NCBI GenBank assembly: GCA_947625165.1 | Contig: CANQNH010000003.1 | Span: forward strand, 1 to 43,723 | Source: an uncultured Clostridia bacterium | Lineage (GTDB): Bacteria > Bacillota > Clostridia > Christensenellales > UBA1242 | Length of the DNA: 43,723 bases | Direction of reading: 5' to 3' | In this document: one piece after another, positions 9,342-21,400 of the stretch | Layout: each line of letters opens with the position of its first letter | Position numbering within the stretch: the first letter of the stretch is position 1 | Program-made: the position numbers and the translations under genes | Notes under the pieces: generated by a model | Told to the model about the DNA's origin: nothing | Database searches by the model: none | Seen by the model: only the letters and a program-made list of their open reading frames with translations

Positions 9342-9370
9342 AGTATAACAGCAAAACCAAACTTTGTCAA
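9342..9370 (-). promoter_or_regulatory. Sigma-A promoter, probably giving a leaderless transcript for the dnaB operon
   Basis: TTGACA-17 bp-TATACT, then 6 nt, then ATG 9335. No Shine-Dalgarno sequence. Confidence 0.7.
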
Positions 9371-9409
9371 ACTTTATTCAAAATCGCAAAACTTTTTTGA
9401 GGAACAAAG

Positions 9410-9434
9410 AAAAAAAATAACCCAAAAGGGTTAT
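9410..9434 (-). terminator. Weak intrinsic terminator after typA
   Basis: ATAACCC-AAAA-GGGTTAT hairpin overlapping the stop codon, followed by a T-run on the minus strand. Confidence 0.5.
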
Positions 9435-11263
9435 ATTTCTCCGCGCAACATTTTTCCGCGTTCACGCAGACGCATATTGTGGTCAAGGATGATTTTTCGG
9501 ATGCGAATGGACTTTGGTGTCACTTCCAAATATTCATCATCGCCCAAAAATTCGATGCAATCCTCAAGGCTCATATTGCGTGGCGGCGTCAGACGAAGAG
9601 CCTCGTCACTTCCGCTTGCACGCATATTGGAAAGATGTTTCATTTTGCAGACATTGACAACAATATCTCCGCCCTTTGGGTTTGAGCCAACAACCATTCC
9701 GCCATAAACCGCAACGCCAGGGCCGATGAACAATTCGCCGCGCTCCTGCGCATTGAACAAGCCATAGACAATCGCTTTACCCTCTTCGTGCGCAATCAAA
9801 GAGCCATAGTCACGGCGATTTATCTCACCTTTGTATGGCATATAGTCATAGAAAATTGAATTGATGATGCCCTCGCCACGCGTGTCAGTCAGATATTCAC
9901 TCTTGAAGCCAAACAGCCCGCGAGAAGGAATTAAAAACTCCATTCTCATTCTGTTTCCGTGCGGTGTCATTCCTTGCAACTCGCCCTTTCGAACACCCAT
10001 TTTGTTCATAACAACACCCACGCAGTCCTCTGGAACATCCAAGAAAAGCCTGTCGATTGGCTCACATTTGATGCCATCAATCGTCTTGATCAGCACTTTT
10101 GGCTGGCTGACTTGAAACTCATAACCATCACGGCGCATATTCTCAATCAGAATTGAAAGGTGCATCTCGCCGCGCCCGCGCACTTTGAATTTTTCCGCCG
10201 TGTCGCCATCTTCCACCCTCAAAGACAAATCCTTGACAGCCTCTTTATACAGCCTGTCACGCAAATGCCTTGATGTCACAAACTTTCCCTCTCTGCCAGC
10301 AAACGGACTGTCGTTGACCATAAATGTCATCTCCACGCTTGGCTCTGCAATCTTGACAAACTCAATCGGCTCAACTGCACTGTCATCGCAAATTGTGTCA
10401 CCAATTGTCACATCCTCCAAACCAGCAACGCACACAATTTCACCAACTTTGGCACTGTCAACAGGAATGCGTTTCAGCCCCTCATAAACAAACAGACTGA
10501 CAATTTTTGAACGCACCTTTTTGCTTTCATCGTGGAAATTGCAAACCGTCACGCTTTGTCCAACCTTGATGACACCGCGCTCAACCTTTCCAACCGCAAG
10601 TTTGCCGACATAGTCATTATGCTCTGCGGCAGAAACAAGCATTTTCAGTGGTGCGTTTTCATCGCCCTGTGGTGCAGGAATATGTTTCAAAATGGTGTCA
10701 AAAAGCGGCTTCATATCAGTGCCCTGACTGTTCATATCCAAAGATGCAACACCCAGCCTTGCCGATGCAAAAACAAATGGCGAATTGAGTTGTTCTTCGT
10801 CAGCGTCAAGTTCCAAGAACAGTTCCAAAACCTCGTCAACAACCTCTTTCACGCGGGCATCAGAGCGGTCAATCTTGTTGACCACAACGACAACCTTAAG
10901 CCCAAGTGACAGCGCTTTTTCAAGCACAAATCGAGTTTGTGGCATTGGACCTTCAAACGCATCCACAACAAGCAAAACGCCATCAACCATTTTCAAAACG
11001 CGTTCAACTTCGCCACCAAAATCGGCGTGACCAGGGGTGTCAACAACATTGATTTTGACGCCATCATAAAAACAAGAGGTGTTTTTTGACAAAATTGTGA
11101 TGCCACGCTCTCTTTCAAGTGCGTTGCTGTCCATAACTCTGTCCTCAACAACCTGATTGTCACGAAAAACATTCCCTTGTTTCAAAAGTTCGTTCACAAG
11201 AGAGGTTTTACCGTGGTCAACGTGGGCAATTATTGCAACATTTCTGATATTTTTGTTTTCCAT
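9431..11263 (-). CDS. typA: Translational GTPase TypA/BipA
   Basis: IRNVAIIAHVDHGKT, ERERGITILSK, DTPGHADFGGEVERVL, GRGEMHLSILIENMRR and EVTPKSIRIRK motifs. Confidence 0.97.
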   Translation of the reverse strand: MENKNIRNVAIIAHVDHGKTSLVNELLKQGNVFRDNQVVEDRVMDSNALERERGITILSKNTSCFYDGVKINVVDTPGHADFGGEVERVLKMVDGVLLVVDAFEGPMPQTRFVLEKALSLGLKVVVVVNKIDRSDARVKEVVDEVLELFLELDADEEQLNSPFVFASARLGVASLDMNSQGTDMKPLFDTILKHIPAPQGDENAPLKMLVSAAEHNDYVGKLAVGKVERGVIKVGQSVTVCNFHDESKKVRSKIVSLFVYEGLKRIPVDSAKVGEIVCVAGLEDVTIGDTICDDSAVEPIEFVKIAEPSVEMTFMVNDSPFAGREGKFVTSRHLRDRLYKEAVKDLSLRVEDGDTAEKFKVRGRGEMHLSILIENMRRDGYEFQVSQPKVLIKTIDGIKCEPIDRLFLDVPEDCVGVVMNKMGVRKGELQGMTPHGNRMRMEFLIPSRGLFGFKSEYLTDTRGEGIINSIFYDYMPYKGEINRRDYGSLIAHEEGKAIVYGLFNAQERGELFIGPGVAVYGGMVVGSNPKGGDIVVNVCKMKHLSNMRASGSDEALRLTPPRNMSLEDCIEFLGDDEYLEVTPKSIRIRKIILDHNMRLRERGKMLRGEI

Positions 11264-11528
11264 AAGTCAAAGTGTCCTTTTTTGTTCTTTTGTAAGCAAC
11301 TTGTTTATTATAGCACTTTTACAGCAAAAAAACAAGGCTCAAAAGCCTTTTTGAAGAAAAAATTTGAAAAAAAACAATGTTTTTTTGCTCAACACAAGCA
11401 TTTTCAACATAATAAAAAGCATTCTTTTGAATTTTGGAAACCAAAAACAAACGGCAATTTTATGTGAAAGGCAATTTTGTGTTCAATGTCAGTTTTTATT
11501 TTTCAATGTCAAATTTTCAAGGCGAAAT

Positions 11529-12398
11529 TCATTTTGTCCTTATCTCAAACTTGCCAGCACACTTCTTTTTCATCACAAAATAGGCTGTCACCATTGTTGC
11601 AAGTGTCACAACAACCGCTGAGGCATACCAAACAGGCACATTTGGATGCGATGTGAAAAACACAATCTTGTTGTCAGTTTCAATCTGCGACTTGGTTTTG
11701 ACAAACACATTGTGATGAAAATTTTGGTCGTCATAGACAAGTTCCGATTTGAGCGATGTCTGATTTGTGGCATAGTCATAGATGAAAACGCTGTCATCAA
11801 AAATGCTATCAAACGAATTTGGAATTGAAAGAAATTTTGCCCACGAGGAAAGCGCAAGCAAATTGACTTGTTTCAAGTTTTCGGCACTCTCTGCACTGCT
11901 GATTGGAAAGGTTGTTTGGATTTGAGTTTTTCTTATGAAAAATCCACTCTCAACAGGTTTTTCGGTTTTTTGCTCTTCGCCCTCACCCTCTTCAGTGTCA
12001 CCGCCAAAAAATTTTTGTTGCGCCTCAAGATTGTTAAAAACGATTGAAAAGCCAATGCCGTCAACATCAGAAAAATATGCCACATTTCCAACCTTTGCCC
12101 CATCTGTCACCCTTTCTTTGTTTTGCTCGGCAAGCGCGTTGACATAGGTTGAAAGAAACAGTCGATAGGTCTTGATTTGTTCCTCATCAAGCCCTCTTTC
12201 TTCAAATTTTTCACTGTTCACGGGGAAGATGTAGGACACAGCAATCTTGCCCGAGCCGTCCGCTTGCCTGAGAATGCGAAAAGCGTCTTTTTCAAACACT
12301 TTTGACATGTCCGCACGGTTCTGAGTGCAGCCAGCCAAAGAGAAAACGCACAACGCACAAAAGAGGAATGAAAAAAGAGCATAAAAGGTTTTCTTCAT
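11529..12398 (-). CDS. Lipoprotein with an additional C-terminal TM anchor
   Basis: Lipobox LAG-C near the N-terminus. C-terminal WYASAVVVTLATMVTAYFVM followed by KKK. Confidence 0.8.
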   Translation of the reverse strand: MKKTFYALFSFLFCALCVFSLAGCTQNRADMSKVFEKDAFRILRQADGSGKIAVSYIFPVNSEKFEERGLDEEQIKTYRLFLSTYVNALAEQNKERVTDGAKVGNVAYFSDVDGIGFSIVFNNLEAQQKFFGGDTEEGEGEEQKTEKPVESGFFIRKTQIQTTFPISSAESAENLKQVNLLALSSWAKFLSIPNSFDSIFDDSVFIYDYATNQTSLKSELVYDDQNFHHNVFVKTKSQIETDNKIVFFTSHPNVPVWYASAVVVTLATMVTAYFVMKKKCAGKFEIRTK

Positions 12399-12441
12399 AC
12401 CTTATTTATACTCTTTTTCAATCTGCATTATTCTTTGATTT

Positions 12442-15400
12442 TCAGCCAACAGATTTGGTTGTGGCATAGCCAGAGCCATCGTCCACAGTCATTGTGGATA
12501 TGCCACTGACTGTTGGCACTTTTGTGCTTTGGGTTTGCAAATCAAAGACACCTTTTTGAAGCACAACCACACCGCCAGCAAAACAGGTCATTGAGTTGGA
12601 TTTTGTTGCATTGACTGAGATTGTTGCATTATTCTCTGCCTTAATATTGCCACCTATATTTGAAATGGCAATTCCTGCAATTTGAATGCCGCTTGCACCC
12701 GTTGCAGAAAGCACCATTTTGAGCGAAGCCGTTTCGGCGGTCGAACAATCTTCAAGGGTTGCATAGTTTGTGTAAACAAGCCCAGCAAAGAAAATGTTTT
12801 GCGCTCTGCCACTGTCTTGAATTTCTGTTTGTGCGTTGAATTTGCAGTTTTTCAAAGTGCCACGATTGACTGACACAACACCGCTGTATGACATTGTCAG
12901 CACGGTGGAAGATGCAACATAGCCAACAAAGTTTGTGGAAAATTCATCAATTTCAACACCTTCAATCACACCGCTGTTGGAAATGGCAATGGCTGAAATC
13001 AGCGTTCTGTCCTGAATTGTGGCGCTGCTTTGGAAATTGGCTTTTATGTGCAAGTTTTGAATTTGCGCGCCCTGTCTGATTTCTCTGAAAAGTGCTGTTG
13101 CGTTTTTAAAGCTGAATTTTGTTTCGTTTCCATCAGAAATCGCCGTGTCTGTGTTTCTGACATCAAGAGTGCTGTCAAGTCTTTCCACCCCACTTGAAGT
13201 GAACGAAACTGTGTTTCCATTTCCAAGCAAAATTCCGTCAAAAGCGCCGTCAACATAGATGCCGCTGAAATCAAGTTGCAAGCCATCATCACCTTCCGGC
13301 TCAAGAGAGAAGTAATATCTCGTTTCCTCATCTTTATGCTGCAAGCCAGCGGTTGTGTATTCGTTCAAATCCTTGCTCATACGGTGCTTGATGTTTGCAA
13401 ACTGCTGTGCGGTTTTGATGACATATGGGTTTGCGCTCGTGCCTTGCCCTTCTGCAAAAAGGTTGAACTCAACGCTGTCAGTTGAGCCATTCCCGTCCGC
13501 ATCCGTTTCGTCAACATACGAAAGTTCGTCACTTTGGATGCTGGTTTGATTGAGTTTGATGCGAAGTTTCAATTTGACGGTTGCAACGATTGTCGGTTTG
13601 AAGGTGCTTTCTTTGATTGTGTAAGTTCGCACTTCCTGAGCATCACCGATGATGTAAGTTGCCTCAACAACAAATGTTGGTTTCTCAATCTTGCTTGCCG
13701 AAACTCTGAACAACTCACCTTCAATTTCAACAATGGCATTTTCGCCCTGATTTTCAACAACTTTGACAAGTGCGCTGCCATCAAAAGTCTTGGTTTTTTG
13801 CGCTCCGTCCTCGCCCATATCTTCTTGAATTTCTTTCTTGAAATCTGTGCGTTTCACAAAGTAGAACGCCCCGTCTTTGATGATTTTGATATGGTCTTTT
13901 TCAGCAACATCCTCAGCAACATTCAAAACTTCGCCGCTTTCCACAGTTTTCTCAGACGGAGTTTCAAGGTCGTCCTCATTTTCATAGAGCGGGCAAGTTG
14001 CATTTGCGGTGTAAACATATTTCATCTGCTGTGCTGTGACAACCGAGTTGAACGAATTGAAAGGATAGTCCCACGAGAACTCTTGCTCCTCGTCGTCCCA
14101 AGCAATTTTGACATTTTCAACACTCGTGCGATGCAACATAAACGCCTCACTTCTGTTGCTGTTCAATTTCCCTTCACAGCGAACTTCAAACCAAACTTTT
14201 GATGTGTCCTCGCTGGTGATGATGACATAGTCCTCAACATAGCCGTCCGGCCAGGAAACGCTTTCCGTGTTGACGCTGTCTTTCATAATGTAGAGTTTGT
14301 TTTTCGAACTTGTGAAAACAATTTCGCGCTCGGCTGAGCCGTTGAGTGCGTTCAAATCTTCAAAATGAGCCACAATTTCATTTTGCTGACTGTCTGGGCG
14401 TGTGAAATAATTCTCAAATGAGATGTATTCGTTGCCCGACATGGTCAAAACTTCAAAATCTGTGCCCAAAATGCCAGTCAGTTTTGTGAACTGCCCAGAC
14501 CTTGCAACAGAATTGATGAGTTGCCTGTCTGGATTTCCAGAACCAATCACAACATAAACTTGCAAAGTGCTTATTCCTTCAGGGATTGTTCTTTCGCCCG
14601 GAGTTTCCGCGAATGTGATTGTGAAAGTTCCATCAGCATAGGTGATTGTCTTTGTTCCAACATATTCTCTTCCATTCTCGTCAGCCACAACAAAGCGGAA
14701 ATAGTTTTCCAGATTGTTCTCTGTCAGCGTGTCGCCGGCAACAGAGGTGACGGCTGGGGTGTAAGTCCACGACAACAGTCCGTTTTCATTGACACTCAAA
14801 CTGCCCTCATCAATAGGCTTGATGCGTTTAAGTCCAGAAAGAACAGCCCCCTCGCTCATTAAACTTTCAAAATTGGAGTTGGCATATTTTGTGTGTCCGC
14901 CTGCAAATCCGCCCTCAACAAGCGGAACCTCATTTGAGCCAGAAAGCAGTGCCACTGCCTGAACGGTGACCTTATAAAGCACATCTTCGCGGTCAAGTTC
15001 AGGTTTTTCTTTGACGTTCAGAAAGTCAAACACAATCTTTCCGTCTTTTTCAAGCGCGGTGTAGAAAGTTTCAATGTCGTCTTCCGTTCCAACTCTTGTT
15101 TCAACATTTTCAACTTCGTTTGTGGTGTATCTCTCCACGCGGATTTTGTAAACATCTTGTGCACTTTCAGGGATTTTCAACGATGAGCCATCAATCTCAC
15201 GCCCCACAACAGTGTCAAAATTCAGAAGCCCGCCCACAATCTGCATTGTTTCTTGGACAACTTTGTCAAGCATCACGGCTGGAAGCGCACCAACATTGCT
15301 CTTCACAACAACGCCTTCCGTGCGTGCCTCACCTGTGGCAACGTCCACACATTCAAGGTCTTTGATGTAGTATGCACTTGAAGAGCCGTTTGTTTTCTTT

Positions 15401-18400
15401 TTGAATGTTGCCGTTGAGCCAAGACTTTCGGCATAGAAATTTTTGGCATTAAACTCTGTGGCTTTAAACGCAGCCTCAGGGGTTTCTGGGTCAAGCCCCG
15501 GAACGATGCCTGTTTCATATTCAAATCCGAAATATTTTTCCTCGTCACACACTTGAAGATAGGTCAAACCGATGGTGGAAACATCGTTATAGAGGTTGTA
15601 AACATATTTGTCGGTGTCGGAATAGCTGTTTGCAAGATATGTCCTGTTCTGCTCGTCGCCCTTGATGAACAGATGCCCAAGCTTGTTTTGAAGTTGTGGA
15701 GCATACAGCTTGAACACATTTTGAATTTGCAGCATATCGCTGTCAACATAGATGGTGTTCCCTGTGACACCGCCAATCAAAAGGAAGCGTATGTATTCAT
15801 AAAGTCCAGCACCAGAAGCCTCTGTGCCATCCATTCCGCTCAAAGAGAAAGTTGGATTTGTCAAGTCGCCAGAAACACGCGTTGACTCCTCAGTTGCACG
15901 ATTTTGTTTGTAAATCACATAGGTGTCACGATTTTGTTGTGTCTGCCAATAGAATTGCCCATCTCTGATGCCAAATTGTGTCAGTTCCAAGAACGTCATT
16001 GCAAACATTTCTGATTTGCTGGACAGGGAATAGTCCGTGCCAATCGCACAAATCTGGAATTGTTTTGGCTCAACTTTGTCAATTTCACTTTCAAATCTGC
16101 CAAGCAGCGAGTCTCCACTGTTATAGTTGATGTAAAATTCAAGTGTGTCGCCATTGTCTGTGACTGTCGCGGTTGTTGAAAGTGCTGTGTTTGACAAACA
16201 TTGAAGCCTCCACCCGCCTGACTGAACAAGTGTGTAATACGATTCGCCAACTTTGAGATAATAGCCGGTTGCATCAATTTGTGTGTAAGCAGAAGAGGAT
16301 GAAGAGTATGTCCAAACCTTACTCTTTTTGACAGTCACTTTGAGGGCTTTGGTATAGTCCTGAGATTTCTCTTGGTCAACCGTGATTGTCACATCAGGCT
16401 CGCCATTGATGTATATTTCATTCTTACCCAAACTGTTCTCATATTCATACATATAAGAATTAAGTGAGAATGCATTGCCAAGCAAGCAATATTCCATCTT
16501 ATATTTTCCTGCCTGCAAAGTGTTGAGATAGTCATCCACAAACAGAGCCGGCCCGCCAAGTCCTGCAGATGCGCGTTCAATTCTTTCATAGAAGTTTGCA
16601 AGGGTTGCCTTGCTTGATCCAAGCGTTGTTGCTTCAACAAGGGCATCAATTCGATCTTTGAGATTGCCAGATGCGTTGCGGGAATAGAAATCAATAAGAT
16701 TTGACACAAGTTCGACAATCGGCACATCATATGAGCGCGCATAACCCTGCACTCCGCCGCCTTCCGCAAGAGGAGTGAACCTCAGTCGCAGGAAGAGCAT
16801 ATTTTCTTCAAGCAAATCTTTGAGTGTGAAGGTGAAAGGCTCTTCAAAAATTGTATCCTCGCTGGCAAGCTCTTCCGCAATCATGGACAAACTTCTTGCC
16901 TCGCTTGGCTCTTCCGTCAAAAGTTTGAAGAATTTGCCATCTTTGTTCCAATCGATAAACAGTCTGCCATCATCGATCTGAATGACCGAGGTTTGAACTT
17001 TGTTTTTTCTGACTTTGATTGGCAAGCCACTGACATCACTATAGAATGTCAGTGCAGACGAAACGACCGACAGATTTGAAGTGTCCTCGCAAATTGCTTG
17101 CACTGCAACATAGATTGAAGTGTCATCGCAGAACATTTTTGAGGTGTCCACAGTTGTCGTTTTGGTCTTGATGTGTGCCCAAGCAACAGGCGACGAGCCG
17201 CCGATGGATGCAACGAAATAGACATAATATTGTTCAGCGTCAACGCCCTCCCAAGTCAAATTTCCACCTCTTATCATCAACGATGTGACATTCGCATAGC
17301 GGAAGAATTTGAAAGGTTTGCCCGATTTGTCAGTTTTGAGCCAATCCGAAACACAGAATTTTGTTTTCGTTCCAACTTTTGCAAATTCAAGTTCGAAATA
17401 GCCCGAACGACCTTCCAGCTTTTCATTGTTAAACACATCCACAAGGTTCACAGCAAAGGTTGTTTCAAAGTATGGGTTTGAAAGAGCCTGCTCTTTTGAA
17501 ACAAAAACGGTTTGCACAAAATCATCTTGTTTCACTTTCACATAGAAGCCCGATGTCAAGAAACCACCAACCATGTCTTCCTCATCGTCATCATTTCCAA
17601 ACAAAACATAGGTGTTCACAAAGTCTTCTTGAATGTCGCCATCACCCTTGTTTTTCGCATCTGTCCCAAGTTTGACAACTTCTTGGAATTGAATGTCTGA
17701 GATGTATGAAAATTCATATTTCGCCGCCTTGGATGCAAGATAGAGCGCTTCCGGCGTGCTTTGCTTGTATGCCCAGAAAGTCAGGCTCATATTTTCGGTC
17801 ATCTCAACACTCCAACCGCTGTCACTGAGCGCGGTGAGGATGTCAAGAAGCGAATATCGAAAATCCACGCCAACACCAGAGGTTGATGTGATGCCGCCGG
17901 TCAGTTCGATTGAAACAACTTCCTCTTTGTCCAAACTTTGTTTGTTTCTTCCAACATACAAGAAATTGTTTTCGTCAAGAGTGTCCAAAGTGAATGTTAT
18001 GCCATCTGGATGGTCTGGGTCGTGCTGAATTTGCAAGATGTCGTTGACTTTATAGAAGCCAAAATCGCCAAATGAGGAATATGGCATCGAATCAAGCAAG
18101 AAGTTTGCACCAGAGGCAGCTCCCTCGCCAATGATGACCACTTCAACATAAAATGCCTGCGCGGACTCTTCTTTAAGATCAATTTCCAAAAGCACCGTTG
18201 TGGAGTTGACAACTGTTGTGGTTTTCCAACTCTGAATTGGTCTTGTTTCCAAGCCGTCAACAATCACATAGCGATACATCAACTTTTGCCCTTCTTCAAG
18301 CCCTGCCAGATAAACCCTTCCCATCGAAACGGAAACATCTTCTTTGCGGATTGGATTTCCCACAATTGTTGCATTGAATGTGCAGGCATGAGAGTTGTTG

Positions 18401-21400
18401 AAATTTTCCCCGTCACCAACCGCAACAAGTTCGAAAAACACTTGGCAATCCTCTTCCAAATCCTCTCTTGAGAATTTGTTTTCGCCAATCAGGTTTTCAT
18501 AGGTCTCGCCAAAAATTTCATAGAGAGTTCTCTTCACCAAACCGCCAGAGTTGGTGTTGTCGGTTTGATATTCATAAACAAGGTCGCCCTTTTCTCCGTC
18601 AACAACTTTGTAGGTGCGCAAAATGTAGCCCTGCGCATTGTCAACGACTTTCCACACAAGGCGCATCTCGTCATCGCTGCGCTCAATTTTGATTGTGTCC
18701 GCATCCACGCTTTCAAGCCTCTTCATTGTGAAAAGAACTTCTTTTTCAACAGATGAAACATAATATTTTGTCTGAGTTGAAATCACTTCCGTTTCGTGCG
18801 TTGCCATAACTTTCAAGTTGAATTGTCCATTTTCCCAATTGTCTGGCGCATCAAACACAAAACGTCCTTCACCATTTGCTTTGACAACATAGATTTCCGC
18901 ACCATTCTTGACAAAATATGCCACTTTGCCATCGCGACCTCCGGTGATTTCAAAGCCGTTGACCGTGCGCGAAATGTTGGCATCACTGACACTTGCCAGC
19001 ACCTCAAACGGCTCACTTTCAACCATTCCCGATGCGTTCACTTGCGTTCCGCCAACTGATGCAAGAAAATATTTTGAATTTTGCGCGCTGTTGTTGACAA
19101 ACGCACTCAATTTGATTTGCCCGCCAGATGCAAGGTTTTCGTTGAACCACTCGCTTTGTGTCGTTCCAAGGTCATATTCAAACAGTCCCTCACTGCCGTC
19201 AACTTCCCCAGAGAATGTCACAAAGAATGCCTTTGAAGTTGTGATTGTTGGGGATGAGCTTTCGCCGCTGAAAATGTCCACTTTCAAAACAACGCCTTCG
19301 GCAAGTTCTTCCAAAAACTCCTCGGAATATGTGAACTGCACCACTTTGCCAAAGCCAATTTGGTCTGGCTTGAAGGTGACGCCGCTCAAATCGTGCGCGC
19401 GTTTAAGTGTGAGAACATATGCTGACGAAGGCAGCAGCGCGTGAGCATTGTCGCCCTCGCTGACAGCATAGATTTCAAATTTGAGGTCGTTTTCTGTGGT
19501 GAGATAGTTTGCGATTTCTGCGCTTGAAAGTGTGACATCATATGCCTCACCGGCATTGCTTGCTGTGACTTTGCGCAAATATTCTCTTCCTGTGGATGCA
19601 ACGCGATATATTTCAAAAGTTCCGTTTCCGCCATAGTTTCCTTTCAAAGACAATTTCACATCTGGATGTTGTGCATTGAGAGGGTCAGATTTTTCATAAA
19701 CATATTCCAACGCGGAAAGTTCTGGCATCGCAAGTTTTTGCGTGACTGCCGAAGCATTGTAAATATAATGGTTGCACTCGCCAGCGCCCTCATCCACAGT
19801 GTTGAGCAATTTTTGTGCATCGGCATAGAAAACATCGCCTGCCACAACAGAGTATGCCCCCAAATGCGCTGAAAGGCTGACAGTGATTTCGCCTGCCTGA
19901 AATTCTTGCAAATCTTGCAACAACTGCTGAGCATTTTCATCTTCGGCATCCGTCAAATTGACACTTGTTTTGGTGGTTTTGAAGGTTGCAATTCTTCCTG
20001 CCGTATCCTTGAAAATCAAAACATATTCAAGTGATGGCAGGTTTTTGCCAACGCCGTATTCTTTCCAAGACACAACATTTCCTTCAAATGTGATGGTGTC
20101 ATTTTCAGGTTTCACACCCTCATCATTCATCGCTTTTGCTGTCCAAGACGCCTTTTCGCTGTTGATATAATAGGTTGTGCAAAGCAGTTTGCCCGCCTCT
20201 TCTTGCTCTGGATGTTCCTTTTCCTCCACCTTTTGTCCAATGATGGTGAAGTCATATGGATTTTCCGTTCCTTCAATTTTCACTTTGCCCGAAGTTGAAT
20301 TTTCGCTCAAAACTCTGCTGCCATATTCCACCTTGACCGCTGTTGAAAAGTCAATTTCTGGTGCAACATAGGCAAGTTCCGCAAGGTCAGTCAATGTCAC
20401 TTTGTCAAGAGGTCTCAATTTGTAAATCTTCACAAGTGACGATGCGTTTGATGTCAAATATTGCGGATGCGAAACTTTGACATAGAAGGTGAAGAATTGC
20501 CCAACAGTTTTGTGCTCGCTTGTGAAGTTTGTGAAAGAGTTTGTGGAAACACTTTCAAGCAAAGTGTCCTCGCCACTTTCAGAACGAACATAGATTTCAT
20601 ATTGCACGTTTGCAAGTTGAGGCGCGCCCAAAGGTTCGCCACCAACTGCGGCGCTGTTCCAAGAAAGAGTGTAGTTCTGCCCCTCATAATCAAAAGTCGG
20701 AACAACCTCATCAAACTTTTTCACTTCCACAAAATCCTCTTCGTTTGCCGTCTTTGCAAACAAGGAAGAAATTTGCACAAAGGTTGAGCCTTCGCTGTCG
20801 CGTTCAGTGTTTTGATAAGCAAACACTCTGAATTTGATGGAGTTTGCTTGCGCAAAGACAGAACTCAAATCCTCCACTTCGTTCAGTTTGTCAATGAAAC
20901 TTTGAATGTTGATTGAAATTTTGTTTCCTTCCAAAAGTTCCTCAACATAATCCACCTTCACACCAAACTCACCCGAATGCCGATCAACCGTCACTTTCTC
21001 CGTTTCAAAACGAACGGTGAATTTGTTTGTGTCACCATTAACGCCCGTGCAGTCAATGTCAACAACATAATATGCCGTTGCAGTTGCTTGGTCGTGCTCA
21101 AAAACAAGTTTCCCACTTTCAAATTGCAAATTGGTCGGGTTGGAAAGTCGCTGGAATGCGATGTTTGACTTTCCACTTTCCAAAAAGACATTCAGTTCGG
21201 TTTCGTCTTCACTTTCCGTCTTTTCAATTTCAAAATAGTTCCCCTCTTTCTTTGAGCCATTCAGCGTGATGTCCAACGAGAATTTGACAAAATTTCCCTC
21301 GTCATCAACAATCTTGATTGTGGCATCCTCAGTGCTGTTTGCAAGCAATTTGTCACCTTTGGAAACAACAATCTCGCTGACACCCTTTGTTTTTCTGATT

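Noticed and set aside
7679-9430. Replication origin or prophage replication module near dnaB
   Set aside because: I saw no DnaA-box cluster and no phage genes, and the helicase looks like the chromosomal type among housekeeping genes.
2790-11263. Alternative genetic code
   Set aside because: Conserved motifs of TrpS, GltX, DnaB and TypA translate correctly with code 11, and genes end at TAA, TAG and TGA. I only spot-checked, so a Codetta run would be needed to exclude sense-codon reassignment.
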